Assembly (NCBI GenBank): GCA_950097015.1
Contig: CATNEN010000038.1
Span: 35,092,001 to 35,156,000, forward strand
DNA length: 64,000 nucleotides
DNA from: Macrostomum hystrix
Taxonomy: Eukaryota > Animalia > Platyhelminthes
Direction of reading: 5' to 3'
Position numbers and translations under genes: made by a program. Position 1 is the first letter of the stretch, and each line of letters opens with the position of its first letter. Under the pieces are notes generated by a model. That model was not told the DNA's origin. It saw only the letters and a list, made by a program, of their open reading frames with translations, and did no database searches. Positions 34,401-48,613 of the stretch are shown in pieces.

Positions 34401-35015
34401 CATCCCAGATCCTCAGAATGACTCGTTTGAGCACCATCCCAGATCCTCAGAATGACTCGTTTGAGCACCATCCCAGATCCTCAGAATGACTCGTTTAAGC
34501 ACCATCCCAGATCCTCAGAATGACTCGTTTGAGCACCATCCCAGATCCTCAGAATGACTCGTTTAAGCACCATCCCAGATCCTCAGAGTGACTCGTTTGA
34601 GCACCATCCCAGATCCTCAGAGTGACTCGTTTGAGCACCATCCCAGATCCTCAGAATGACTCGTTTGAGCACCATCCCAGATCCACAGAATGACTCGTCG
34701 TTTGAGTACAATCCCAGATCCACAGAATGACTCGTTTGAGCACCATCCCAGATCCACAGAATGACTCGTCGTTTGAGTACAATCCCAGATCCACAGAATG
34801 ACTCGTCGTTTGAGTACAATCCCAGATCCACAGAATGACTCGTCGTTTGAGCACCATCCCAGATCCACAGAATGACTCGTCGTTTGAGTACCATCCCAGA
34901 TCCACAGAATGACTCGTCGTTTGAGCACCATCCCAGATCCTCAGAGTGACTCGTTTGAGCACCATCCCAGATCCACAGAATGACTCGTCGTTTGAGCACC
35001 ATCCCAGATCCTCAG
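31470..35015. repeat. 34-bp satellite (~100 copies; 37-bp variants at the right end)
   Basis: Unit gagcaccatcccagatcctcagaatgactcgttt. Confidence 0.97.
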
Positions 35016-35593
35016 AAAAATTCTTAGCCAATCCAGGTCGATATTGTCCTAGTTCTGAGATCGTTGCTTTGTATTGACTTCTTATTCATATCAGCCTAAA
35101 ATTTTACAAGTATTATATTCAACCTACTTATAATTATTTCGAACAATTTTTTTATTTTTACCTCCGACCTCTCAACTCGCGTTGTTGTCTTTCCAGTTGT
35201 TTTCTATCGGAACTTGTCTGACTTCAATGACGTCATGGGACTAGTCGCAAATACACAGTTGCACTTCGGCTTTTTTGCTTGCGAAACGTTTTTTTTATCG
35301 ACAATTTGAATCTAATCCGGGGATAAATGACAATACAGTCTTTTCACGTTTTTTTGAACCTCTACATTTGATCTTAGCTGTTTTTTGTTCGCCATTAAAA
35401 TGTGAAATTTTTGACGCATTTAACAGGATTTACGAGTAGTTAGTTTTTCCGTTCTGCCCCCATGATGCACTGCATTTACTCGTAATTGCATCCATTCGCT
35501 AAATTAAATTTTGTCCTAATTAACGCCTTCACACTTGCTATTTTCCTACCTAATTTCTAATTTCCTCGATACTCGATACTTGACAGACTATTA

Positions 35594-36706
35594 CCTCTAC
35601 TTCTGACACCTGTGAGTCTACTAGCTCTACTTCTGACACCTGTGAGTCTACTAGCTCTACTTCTGACACCTGTGAGTCTATTAGCTCTACTTCTGACACC
35701 TGTGAGTCTACTAGCTCTACTTCTGACACCTGTGAGTCTACTAGGTCTACTTCTGACACCTGTGAGTCTATTAGCTCTACTTCTGACATCTGTGAGTCTA
35801 CTAGCTCTACTTCTGACACCTGTGAGTCTACTAGCTCTACTTCTGACACCTGTGAGTCTACTAGCTCTACTTCTGACACCTGTGAGTCTATTAGCTCTCC
35901 TTCTGACACCTGTGAGTCTATTAGCTCTACTTCTGGCACCTGTGAGTCTATTAGCTCTACTTCTGGCACCTGTGAGTCTATTAGCTCTACTTCTGGCACC
36001 TGTGAGTCTATTAGCTCTACTTCTGACACCTGTGAGTCTACTAGCTCTACTTCTGACACCTGTGAGTCTATTAGCTCTACTTCTGACATCTGTGAGTCTA
36101 CTAGCTCTCCTTCTGACACCTGTGAGTCTACTAGCTCTACTTCTGACACCTGTGAGTCTACTAGCTCTACTTCTGACACCTGTGAGTCTATTAGCTCTCC
36201 TTCTGACACCTGTGAGTCTATTAGCTCTACTTCTGACATCTGTGAGTCTACTAGCTCTACTTCTGACACCTGTGAGTCTACTAGCTCTACTACTGACACC
36301 TGTGAGTCTATTAGCTCTCCTTCTGACACCTGTGAGTCTATTAGCTCTACTTCTGACATCTGTGAGTCTACTAGCTCTACTTCTGACACCTGTGAGTCTA
36401 CTAGCTCTACTTCTGACACCTGTGAGTCTATTAGCTCTACTTCTGACATCTGTGAGTCTACTAGCTCTACTTCTGACATCTGTGAGTCTACTAGCTCTAC
36501 TTCTGACACCTGTGAGTCTACTAGCTCTACTTCTGACACCTGTGAGTCTACTAGCTCTACTTCTGACACCTGTGAGTCTACTAGCTCTACTTCTGACACC
36601 TGTGAGTCTACTAGCTCTACTTCTGACACCTGTGAGTCTACTAGCTCTACTTCTGACACCTGTGAGTCTATTAGCTCTCCTTCTGACACCTGTGAGTCTA
36701 TTAGCC
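35594..36706. repeat. 30-bp satellite (~37 copies)
   Basis: Unit tctacttctgacacctgtgagtctaYtagc. Confidence 0.97.
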
Positions 36707-37116
36707 TATTAGAAAAAGAACATAATTTATAGTCAGATTAGGCAAGCAAGTGTGGTTTGTGTCTCTTGCGTGAATTACAAAAAACTAGTTTTTATGGGCT
36801 AAGAATTCATGGAAAGTCATATATATGAGTGTGGCATACATATAGTTGACATTGCTTAGCCAAAAGCTATCCAAAGCTGCTGCTGCTACTGTTGCAGACA
36901 AAAAAACTTGAGCAATGTCAATTTCCTGTTTTTTGTACTTCCCATCTTCCCTACTGGGTGGATATTGTCCTAAGCTGAGTTGAGCTGAAAATCTGGACTC
37001 TGTTTCCTGTAAAAATGCTCTAAACCGCGTGAATCGAAACGCGCATTTAGAAATACGAGAAATACGGCCAAAAAACTTTAGGCGATTTTTCAAAAGTAAG
37101 CATTAGTTGAGACTTT

Positions 37117-40100
37117 GATCGCAGCAAGAATTGCGGCTAGAATCGTAGCAAGAACCGAAGTTAGAATCGCAGCTAGAATCGTAGCAAGAACCGAAGTTAG
37201 AATCGTAGCTAGAATCGTAGCAAGAACCGAAGTTAGAATCGTAGCTGGAATCGCAGCTAGAATGGTAGCAAGGACCGAAGTTAGAGTCGCAGCTAGAATC
37301 GCAGCTAGAATGGTAGCAAGAACCGAAGTTAGAATGCAGCTAGAATGGTAGCAAGAACCAAAGTTAGAATCGTAGCTAGAATCGTAGCAAGAACCGAAGT
37401 TAGAGTCGCAGCTAGAATGGTAGCAAGGACCGAAGTTAGAATCGCAGCTAGAATGGTAGCAAGAACCGAAGTTAGAATCGTAGCTAGAATCGCAGCTAGA
37501 TTGGTAGCAAGAACCGAAGTTAGAATCGCAGCTAGAATGGTAGCAAGGACCGAAGTTAGAATCGCAGCTAGAATGGTAGCAAGGACCGAAGTTAGAATCG
37601 CAGCTAGAATGGTAGCAAGGACCGAAGTTAGAGTCGCAGCTAGAATGGTAGCAAGGACCGAAGTTAGAATCGCAGCTAGAATGGTAGCAAGGACCGAAGT
37701 TAGAGTCGCAGCTAGAATGGTAGCAAGGACCGAAGTTAGAATCGCAGCTAGAATGGTAGCAAGGACCGAAGTTAGAGTCGCAGCTAGAATGGTAGCAAGG
37801 ACCGAAGTTAGAATCGCAGCTAGAATGGTAGCAAGGACCGAAGTTAGAGTCGCAGCTAGAATGGTAGCAAGGACCGAAGTTAGAATCGCAGCTAGAATGG
37901 TAGCAAGGACCGAAGTTAGAATCGCAGTTAGAATCGCAGCTAGAATGGTAGCAAGGACCGAAGTTAGAATCGCAGCTAGAATGGAAGCAAGAACCGAAGT
38001 TAGAATCGCAGCTAGAATGGTAGCAAGGACCGAAGTTAGAATCGCAGTTAGAATCGCAGCTAGAATGGTAGCAAGGACCGAAGTTAGAATCGCAGTTAGA
38101 ATGGTAGCAAGGACCGAAGTTAGAATCGCAGCTAGAATGGTAGCAAGGACCGAAGTTAGAATCGCAGCTAGAATGGTAGCAAGAACCGAAGTTAGAATCG
38201 CAGCTAGAATGGTAGCAAGGACCGAAGTTAGAATCGCAGCTAGAATGGTAGCAAGGACCGAAGTTAGAATCGCAGCTAGAATGGTAGCAAGAACCGAAGT
38301 TAGAATCGTAGCTAGAATCGCAGCTAGATTGGTAGCAAGAACCGAAGTTAGAATCGCAGCTAGAATGGTAGCAAGGACCGAAGTTAGAATCGCAGCTAGA
38401 ATGGTAGCAAGGACCGAAGTTAGAATCGCAGCTAGAATGGTAGCAAGGACCGAAGTTAGAGTCGCAGCTAGAATGGTAGCAAGGACCGAAGTTAGAGTCG
38501 CAGCTAGAATGGTAGCAAGGACCGAAGTTAGAATCGCAGTTAGAATCGCAGCTAGAATGGTAGCAAGGACCGAAGTTAGAGTCGCAGCTAGAATGGTAGC
38601 AAGGACCGAAGTTAGAATCGCAGCTAGAATGGTAGCAAGGACCGAAGTTAGAGTCGCAGCTAGAATGGTAGCAAGGACCGAAGTTAGAGTCGCAGCTAGA
38701 ATGGTAGCAAGGACCGAAGTTAGAATCGCAGCTAGAATGGTAGCAAGGACCGAAGTTAGAATCGCAGCTAGAATGGTAGCAAGAACCGAAGTTAGAATCG
38801 CAGCTAGAATGGTAGCAAGGACCGAAGTTAGAATCGCAGTTAGAATCGCAGCTAGAATGGTAGCAAGGACCGAAGTTAGAATCGCAGTTAGAATGGTAGC
38901 AAGGACCGAAGTTAGAATCGCAGCTAGAATGGTAGCAAGGACCGAAGTTAGAATCGCAGCTAGAATGGTAGCAAGGACCGAAGTTAGAATCGCAGTTAGA
39001 ATCGCAGCTAGAATGGTAGCAAGGACCGAAGTTAGAATCGCAGCTAGAATGGTAGCAAGGACCGAAGTTAGAGTCGCAGCTAGAATGGTAGCAAGGACCG
39101 AAGTTAGAATCGCAGCTAGAATGGTAGCAAGGACCGAAGTTAGAATCGCAGCTAGAATGGTAGCAGGGACCGAAGTTAGAATCGCAGTTAGAATCGCAGC
39201 TAGAATGGTAGCAAGGACCGAAGTTAGAATCGCAGCTAGAATGGTAGCAAGGACCGAAGTTAGAGTCGCAGCTAGAATGGTAGCAAGGACCGAAGTTAGA
39301 ATCGCAGCTAGAATGGTAGCAAGGACCGAAGTTAGAATCGCAGCTAGAATGGTAGCAAGGACCGAAGTTAGAATCGCAGCTAGAATGGTAGCAAGGACCG
39401 AAGTTAGAATCGCAGCTAGAATGGTAGCAAGGACCGAAGTTAGAATCGCAGTTAGAATCGCAGCTAGAATGGTAGCAAGGACCGAAGTTAGAATCGCAGC
39501 TAGAATGGTAGCAAGGACCGAAGTTAGAGTCGCAGCTAGAATGGTAGCAAGGACCGAAGTTAGAGTCGCAGCTAGAATGGTAGCAAGGACCGAAGTTAGA
39601 GTCGCAGCTAGAATGGTAGCAAGGACCGAAGTTAGAGTCGCAGCTAGAATGGTAGCAAGGACCGAAGTTAGAGTCGCAGCTAGAATGGTAGCAAGGACCG
39701 AAGTTAGAATCGCAGCTAGAATGGTAGCAAGGACCGAAGTTAGAATCGCAGCTAGAATGGTAGCAAGGACCGAAGTTAGAATCGCAGTTAGAATCGCAGC
39801 TAGAATGGTAGCAAGGACCGAAGTTAGAATCGCAGCTAGAATGGTAGCAAAAACCGAAGTTAGAATCGAAGTTAGAATCGCAGCTAGAATGGTAGCAAGG
39901 ACCGAAGTTAGAATCGCAGCTAGAATGGTAGCAAGGACCGAAGTTAGAATCGCAGCTAGAATGGTAGCAAGGACCGAAGTTAGAATCGCAGCTAGAATGG
40001 TAGCAAGGACCGAAGTTAGAATCGCAGTTAGAATCGCAGCTAGAATGGTAGCAAGGACCGAAGTTAGAGTCGCAGCTAGAATGGTAGCAAGGACCGAAGT

Positions 40101-43100
40101 TAGAATCGCAGCTAGAATGGTAGCAAGGACCGAAGTTAGAATCGCAGCTAGAATGGTAGCAGGGACCGAAGTTAGAATCGCAGTTAGAATCGCAGCTAGA
40201 ATGGTAGCAAGGACCGAAGTTAGAATCGCAGCTAGAATGGTAGCAAGGACCGAAGTTAGAGTCGCAGCTAGAATGGTAGCAAGGACCGAAGTTAGAGTCG
40301 CAGCTAGAATGGTAGCAAGGACCGAAGTTAGAATCGCAGCTAGAATGGTAGCAAGGACCGAAGTTAGAATCGCAGCTAGAATGGTAGCAAGGACCGAAGT
40401 TAGAATCGCAGCTAGAATGGTAGCAAGGACCGAAGTTAGAATCGCAGCTAGAATGGTAGCAAGGACCGAAGTTAGAATCGCAGTTAGAATCGCAGCTAGA
40501 ATGGTAGCAAGGACCGAAGTTAGAATCGCAGCTAGAATGGTAGCAAGGACCGAAGTTAGAGTCGCAGCTAGAATGGTAGCAAGGACCGAAGTTAGAATCG
40601 CAGCTAGAATGGTAGCAAGGCCCGAAGTTAGAATCGCAGCTAGAATGGTAGCAAGGACCGAAGTTAGAATCGCAGTTAGAATCGCAGCTAGAATGGTAGC
40701 AAGGACCGAAGTTAGAATCGCAGCTAGAATGGTAGCAAAAACCGAAGTTAGAATCGAAGTTAGAATCGCAGCTAGAATGGTAGCAAGGACCGAAGTTAGA
40801 ATCGCAGCTAGAATGGTAGCAAGGACCGAAGTTAGAATCGCAGCTAGAATGGTAGCAAGGACCGAAGTTAGAATCGCAGTTAGAATCGCAGCTAGAATGG
40901 TAGCAAGGACCGAAGTTAGAATCGCAGCTAGAATGGTAGCAAGGACCGAAGTTAGAGTCGCAGCTAGAATGGTAGCAAGGACCGAAGTTAGAATCGCAGC
41001 TAGAATGGTAGCAAGGACCGAAGTTAGAATCGCAGTTAGAATCGCAGCTAGAATGGTAGCAAGGACCGAAGTTAGAATCGCAGCTAGAATGGTAGCAAGG
41101 ACCGAAGTTAGAGTCGCAGCTAGAATGGTAGCAAGGACCGAAGTTAGAATCGCAGCTAGAATGGTAGCAAGGACCGAAGTTAGAATCGCAGTTAGAAACG
41201 CAGCTAGAATGGTAGCAAGGACCGAAGTTAGAGTCGCAGCTAGAATGGTAGCAAGGACCGAAGTTAGAATCGCAGTTAGAATCGCAGCTAGAATGGTAGC
41301 AAGGACCGAAGTTAGAGTCGCAGCTAGAATGGTAGCAAGGACCGAAGTTAGAATCGCAGCTAGAATGGTAGCAAGGACCGAAGTTAGAGTCGCAGCTAGA
41401 ATGGTAGCAAGGACCGAAGTTAGAGTCGCAGCTAGAATGGTAGCAAGGACCGAAGTTAGAATCGCAGCTAGAATGGTAGCAAGGACCGAAGTTAGAATCG
41501 CAGCTAGAATGGTAGCAAGAACCGAAGTTAGAATCGCAGCTAGAATGGTAGCAAGGACCGAAGTTAGAATCGCAGTTAGAATCGCAGCTAGAATGGTAGC
41601 AAGGACCGAAGTTAGAATCGCAGTTAGAATGGTAGCAAGGACCGAAGTTAGAATCGCAGCTAGAATGGTAGCAAGGACCGAAGTTAGAATCGCAGCTAGA
41701 ATGGTAGCAAGGACCGAAGTTAGAATCGCAGTTAGAATCGCAGCTAGAATGGTAGCAAGGACCGAAGTTAGAATCGCAGCTAGAATGGTAGCAAGGACCG
41801 AAGTTAGAGTCGCAGCTAGAATGGTAGCAAGGACCGAAGTTAGAATCGCAGCTAGAATGGTAGCAAGGACCGAAGTTAGAATCGCAGCTAGAATGGTAGC
41901 AGGGACCGAAGTTAGAATCGCAGTTAGAATCGCAGCTAGAATGGTAGCAAGGACCGAAGTTAGAATCGCAGCTAGAATGGTAGCAAGGACCGAAGTTAGA
42001 GTCGCAGCTAGAATGGTAGCAAGGACCGAAGTTAGAATCGCAGCTAGAATGGTAGCAAGGACCGAAGTTAGAATCGCAGCTAGAATGGTAGCAAGGACCG
42101 AAGTTAGAATCGCAGCTAGAATGGTAGCAAGGACCGAAGTTAGAATCGCAGCTAGAATGGTAGCAAGGACCGAAGTTAGAATCGCAGTTAGAATCGCAGC
42201 TAGAATGGTAGCAAGGACCGAAGTTAGAATCGCAGCTAGAATGGTAGCAAGGACCGAAGTTAGAGTCGCAGCTAGAATGGTAGCAAGGACCGAAGTTAGA
42301 GTCGCAGCTAGAATGGTAGCAAGGACCGAAGTTAGAGTCGCAGCTAGAATGGTAGCAAGGACCGAAGTTAGAGTCGCAGCTAGAATGGTAGCAAGGACCG
42401 AAGTTAGAGTCGCAGCTAGAATGGTAGCAAGGACCGAAGTTAGAATCGCAGCTAGAATGGTAGCAAGGACCGAAGTTAGAATCGCAGCTAGAATGGTAGC
42501 AAGGACCGAAGTTAGAATCGCAGTTAGAATCGCAGCTAGAATGGTAGCAAGGACCGAAGTTAGAATCGCAGCTAGAATGGTAGCAAAAACCGAAGTTAGA
42601 ATCGAAGTTAGAATCGCAGCTAGAATGGTAGCAAGGACCGAAGTTAGAATCGCAGCTAGAATGGTAGCAAGGACCGAAGTTAGAATCGCAGCTAGAATGG
42701 TAGCAAGGACCGAAGTTAGAATCGCAGCTAGAATGGTAGCAAGGACCGAAGTTAGAATCGCAGTTAGAATCGCAGCTAGAATGGTAGCAAGGACCGAAGT
42801 TAGAGTCGCAGCTAGAATGGTAGCAAGGACCGAAGTTAGAATCGCAGCTAGAATGGTAGCAAGGACCGAAGTTAGAATCGCAGCTAGAATGGTAGCAGGG
42901 ACCGAAGTTAGAATCGCAGTTAGAATCGCAGCTAGAATGGTAGCAAGGACCGAAGTTAGAATCGCAGCTAGAATGGTAGCAAGGACCGAAGTTAGAGTCG
43001 CAGCTAGAATGGTAGCAAGGACCGAAGTTAGAGTCGCAGCTAGAATGGTAGCAAGGACCGAAGTTAGAATCGCAGCTAGAATGGTAGCAAGGACCGAAGT

Positions 43101-46100
43101 TAGAATCGCAGCTAGAATGGTAGCAAGGACCGAAGTTAGAATCGCAGCTAGAATGGTAGCAAGGACCGAAGTTAGAATCGCAGCTAGAATGGTAGCAAGG
43201 ACCGAAGTTAGAATCGCAGTTAGAATCGCAGCTAGAATGGTAGCAAGGACCGAAGTTAGAATCGCAGCTAGAATGGTAGCAAGGACCGAAGTTAGAGTCG
43301 CAGCTAGAATGGTAGCAAGGACCGAAGTTAGAATCGCAGCTAGAATGGTAGCAAGGACCGAAGTTAGAATCGCAGCTAGAATGGTAGCAAGGACCGAAGT
43401 TAGAATCGCAGTTAGAATCGCAGCTAGAATGGTAGCAAGGACCGAAGTTAGAATCGCAGCTAGAATGGTAGCAAAAACCGAAGTTAGAATCGAAGTTAGA
43501 ATCGCAGCTAGAATGGTAGCAAGGACCGAAGTTAGAATCGCAGCTAGAATGGTAGCAAGGACCGAAGTTAGAATCGCAGCTAGAATGGTAGCAAGGACCG
43601 AAGTTAGAATCGCAGTTAGAATCGCAGCTAGAATGGTAGCAAGGACCGAAGTTAGAATCGCAGCTAGAATGGTAGCAAGGACCGAAGTTAGAGTCGCAGC
43701 TAGAATGGTAGCAAGGACCGAAGTTAGAATCGCAGCTAGAATGGTAGCAAGGACCGAAGTTAGAATCGCAGTTAGAATCGCAGCTAGAATGGTAGCAAGG
43801 ACCGAAGTTAGAATCGCAGCTAGAATGGTAGCAAGGACCGAAGTTAGAGTCGCAGCTAGAATGGTAGCAAGGACCGAAGTTAGAATCGCAGCTAGAATGG
43901 TAGCAAGGACCGAAGTTAGAATCGCAGTTAGAAACGCAGCTAGAATGGTAGCAAGGACCGAAGTTAGAATCGCAGCTAGAATGGTAGCAAGGACCGAAGT
44001 TAGAGTCGCAGCTAGAATGGTAGCAAGGACCGAAGTTAGAATCGCAGCTAGAATGGTAGCAAGGACCGAAGTTAGAATCGTAGCTAGAATGGTAGCAAGG
44101 ACCGAAGTTAGAATCGCAGCTAGAATGGTAGCAAGGACCGAAGTTAGAGTCGCAGCTAGAATGGTAGCAAGGACCGAAGTTAGAATCGCAGCTAGAATGG
44201 TAGCAAGGACCGAAGTTAGAATCGTAGCTAGAATGGTAGCAAGGACCGAAGTTAGAATCGTAGCTAGAATGGTAGCAAGGACCGAAGTTAGAATCGCAGC
44301 TAGAATGGTAGCAAGGACCGAAGTTAGAATCGCAGCTAGAATGGTAGCAAGGACCGAAGTTAGAATCGCAGCTAGAATGGTAGCAAGGACCGAAGTTAGA
44401 ATCGCAGTTAGAATCGCAGCTAGAATGGTAGCAAGGACCGAAGTTAGAATCGCAGCTAGAATGGTAGCAAGGACCGAAGTTAGAGTCGCAGCTAGAATGG
44501 TAGCAAGGACCGAAGTTAGAATCGCAGCTAGAATGGTAGCAAGGACCGAAGTTAGAATCGCAGCTAGAATGGTAGCAAGGACCGAAGTTAGAATCGCAGC
44601 TAGAATGGTAGCAAGGACCGAAGTTAGAGTCGCAGCTAGAATGGTAGCAAGGACCGAAGTTAGAGTCGCAGCTAGAATGGTAGCAAGGACCGAAGTTAGA
44701 ATCGCAGCTAGAATGGTAGCAAGGACCGAAGTTAGAATCGCAGCTAGAATGGTAGCAAGGACCGAAGTTAGAATCGCAGCTAGAATGGTAGCAAGGACCG
44801 AAGTTAGAATCGCAGCTAGAATGGTAGCAAGGACCGAAGTTAGAATCGCAGCTAGAATGGTAGCAAGGACCGAAGTTAGAATCGCAGCTAGAATGGTAGC
44901 AAGGACCGAAGTTAGAATCGCAGCTAGAATGGTAGCAAGGACCGAAGTTAGAGTCGCAGCTAGAATGGTAGCAAGGACCGAAGTTAGAATCGCAGCTAGA
45001 ATGGTAGCAAGGACCGAAGTTAGAATCGCAGTTAGAATCGCAGCTAGAATGGTAGCAAGGACCGAAGTTAGAATCGCAGCTAGAATGGTAGCAAGGACCG
45101 AAGTTAGAGTCGCAGCTAGAATGGTAGCAAGGACCGAAGTTAGAATCGCAGCTAGAATGGTAGCAAGGACCGAAGTTAGAATCGCAGCTAGAATGGTAGC
45201 AAGGACCGAAGTTAGAATCGCAGCTAGAATGGTAGCAAGGACCGAAGTTAGAGTCGCAGCTAGAATGGTAGCAAGGACCGAAGTTAGAATCGCAGTTAGA
45301 ATCGCAGCTAGAATGGTAGCAAGGACCGAAGTTAGAATCGCAGCTAGAATGGTAGCAAGGACCGAAGTTAGAGTCGCAGCTAGAATGGTAGCAAGGACCG
45401 AAGTTAGAATCGCAGCTAGAATGGTAGCAAGGACCGAAGTTAGAATCGCAGCTAGAATGGTAGCAAGGACCGAAGTTAGAATCGCAGCTAGAATGGTAGC
45501 AAGGACCGAAGTTAGAGTCGCAGCTAGAATGGTAGCAAGGACCGAAGTTAGAATCGCAGCTAGAATGGTAGCAAGGACCGAAGTTAGAATCGTAGCTAGA
45601 ATGGTAGCAAGGACCGAAGTTAGAATCGCAGCTAGAATGGTAGCAAGGACCGAAGTTAGAGTCGCAGCTAGAATGGTAGCAAGGACCGAAGTTAGAATCG
45701 CAGCTAGAATGGTAGCAAGGACCGAAGTTAGAATCGCAGTTAGAATCGCAGCTAGAATGGTAGCAAGGACCGAAGTTAGAATCGCAGCTAGAATGGTAGC
45801 AAGGACCGAAGTTAGAATCGCAGTTAGAAACGCAGCTAGAATGGTAGCAAGGACCGAAGTTAGAATCGCAGCTAGAATGGTAGCAAGGACCGAAGTTAGA
45901 ATCGCAGCTAGAATGGTAGCAAGGACCGAAGTTAGAATCGCAGCTAGAATGGTAGCAAGGACCGAAGTTAGAATCGCAGCTAGAATGGTAGCAAGGACCG
46001 AAGTTAGAATCGCAGCTAGAATGGTAGCAAGGACCGAAGTTAGAATCGCAGTTAGAATCGCAGCTAGAATGGTAGCAAGGACCGAAGTTAGAATCGCAGC

Positions 46101-47825
46101 TAGAATGGTAGCAAGGACCGAAGTTAGAGTCGCAGCTAGAATGGTAGCAAGGACCGAAGTTAGAATCGCAGCTAGAATGGTAGCAAGGACCGAAGTTAGA
46201 ATCGCAGCTAGAATGGTAGCAAGGACCGAAGTTAGAATCGCAGCTAGAATGGTAGCAAGGACCGAAGTTAGAGTCGCAGCTAGAATGGTAGCAAGGACCG
46301 AAGTTAGAATCGCAGTTAGAATCGCAGCTAGAATGGTAGCAAGGACCGAAGTTAGAATCGCAGCTAGAATGGTAGCAAGGACCGAAGTTAGAGTCGCAGC
46401 TAGAATGGTAGCAAGGACCGAAGTTAGAATCGCAGCTAGAATGGTAGCAAGGACCGAAGTTAGAATCGCAGTTAGAAACGCAGCTAGAATGGTAGCAAGG
46501 ACCGAAGTTAGAATCGCAGCTAGAATGGTAGCAAGGACCGAAGTTAGAATCGCAGCTAGAATGGTAGCAAGGACCGAAGTTAGAGTCGCAGCTAGAATGG
46601 TAGCAAGGACCGAAGTTAGAATCGCAGCTAGAATGGTAGCAAGGACCGAAGTTAGAATCGTAGCTAGAATGGTAGCAAGGACCGAAGTTAGAATCGCAGC
46701 TAGAATGGTAGCAAGGACCGAAGTTAGAGTCGCAGCTAGAATGGTAGCAAGGACCGAAGTTAGAATCGCAGCTAGAATGGTAGCAAGGACCGAAGTTAGA
46801 ATCGTAGCTAGAATGGTAGCAAGGACCGAAGTTAGAATCGTAGCTAGAATGGTAGCAAGGACCGAAGTTAGAATCGCAGCTAGAATGGTAGCAAGGACCG
46901 AAGTTAGAATCGCAGCTAGAATGGTAGCAAGGACCGAAGTTAGAATCGCAGCTAGAATGGTAGCAAGGACCGAAGTTAGAATCGCAGTTAGAATCGCAGC
47001 TAGAATGGTAGCAAGGACCGAAGTTAGAATCGCAGCTAGAATGGTAGCAAGGACCGAAGTTAGAGTCGCAGCTAGAATGGTAGCAAGGACCGAAGTTAGA
47101 ATCGCAGCTAGAATGGTAGCAAGGACCGAAGTTAGAATCGCAGCTAGAATGGTAGCAAGGACCGAAGTTAGAATCGCAGCTAGAATGGTAGCAAGGACCG
47201 AAGTTAGAGTCGCAGCTAGAATGGTAGCAAGGACCGAAGTTAGAGTCGCAGCTAGAATGGTAGCAAGGACCGAAGTTAGAATCGCAGCTAGAATGGTAGC
47301 AAGGACCGAAGTTAGAATCGCAGCTAGAATGGTAGCAAGGACCGAAGTTAGAGTCGCAGCTAGAATGGTAGCAAGGACCGAAGTTAGAATCGCAGCTAGA
47401 ATGGTAGCAAGGACCGAAGTTAGAATCGCAGCTAGAATGGTAGCAAGGACCGAAGTTAGAATCGCAGTTAGAATCGCAGCTAGAATGGTAGCAAGGACCG
47501 AAGTTAGAATCGCAGCTAGAATGGTAGCAAGGACCGAAGTTAGAGTCGCAGCTAGAATGGTAGCAAGGACCGAAGTTAGAATCGCAGCTAGAATGGTAGC
47601 AAGGACCGAAGTTAGAATCGCAGCTAGAATGGTAGCAAGGACCGAAGTTAGAATCGCAGCTAGAATGGTAGCAAGGACCGAAGTTAGAGTCGCAGCTAGA
47701 ATGGTAGCAAGGACCGAAGTTAGAATCGCAGCTAGAATGGTAGCAAGGACCGAAGTTAGAATCGCAGCTAGAATGGTAGCAAGGACCGAAGTTAGAGTCG
47801 CAGCTAGAATGGTAGCAAAAATCGC
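37117..47825. repeat. 36-bp satellite built from three 12-bp subunits, ~10.7 kb
   Basis: gttagaatcgca-gctagaatggta-gcaaggaccgaa, with occasional extra 12-mers. Confidence 0.97.
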
Positions 47826-48613
47826 AGTGGCTGTCCGAAACGAGTGGTTTCAGGAAATTACGAGCCGTATTTTTACATTTTACATTTATTTATTGCGGTC
47901 GTTTGGTAAGTCGCATCGAAACTAAATTTTGGTACTGGTTCAAAGCGGGAAGTACGGAAGTTATCCTCGTATTTTCTTTAAAATGTCTTTAACTTCTATT
48001 GATTTGTATTTATATTTTAAGCGATCAGCGATAGACTTACAGAACCTCAAATATCCACTAATAGTTAACTGATGGAAAGCGATACATTTTATTTACTTCT
48101 GAAAACTAAAGCATTACGACAAGAAGTATTTGAGACAAGACATATGGTGCTCACAAATTCAATGTTCACAAAGACGTGCTTAAACGATAAAGTTAAGTAA
48201 TCGTACGAACTTATTAATTTTCGGTAAACAATACGTTAGGACGCGACTTAAAAAATCTGGGGGCAAAAAGGAATTGACAGATTTTTTACGCGCCTGCGGG
48301 TAAGCCTTGCAAGCTTTTTGTTCTAAAAATAGCAACTGGCCAATCTTTCGTGACCAATCAAATTTGATCATATAAAAGGGTTGCCCTTTGTTACTAAAAA
48401 TAGCACGGGTCAATCTTCTTTGGCCAATCACAATTGATGGGCGTCCCATATGCACTCGATGCTTAAATGTGTTTTCATAAAAGGCTTGCAAGTTTAAGAA
48501 GTCTTTTCCCCAAGACAAAGCTAGCATCCCATCACAGATCACTAACAAAGACTGTACAAAAATAAAAATCTGACCAAGGCATCCCTGGTCAAGCGGAACT
48601 GTGAGATCCCGCA

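Noticed and set aside
31470-47825. Tandem arrays as CRISPR arrays
   Set aside because: No unique spacers, no cas genes, eukaryotic context
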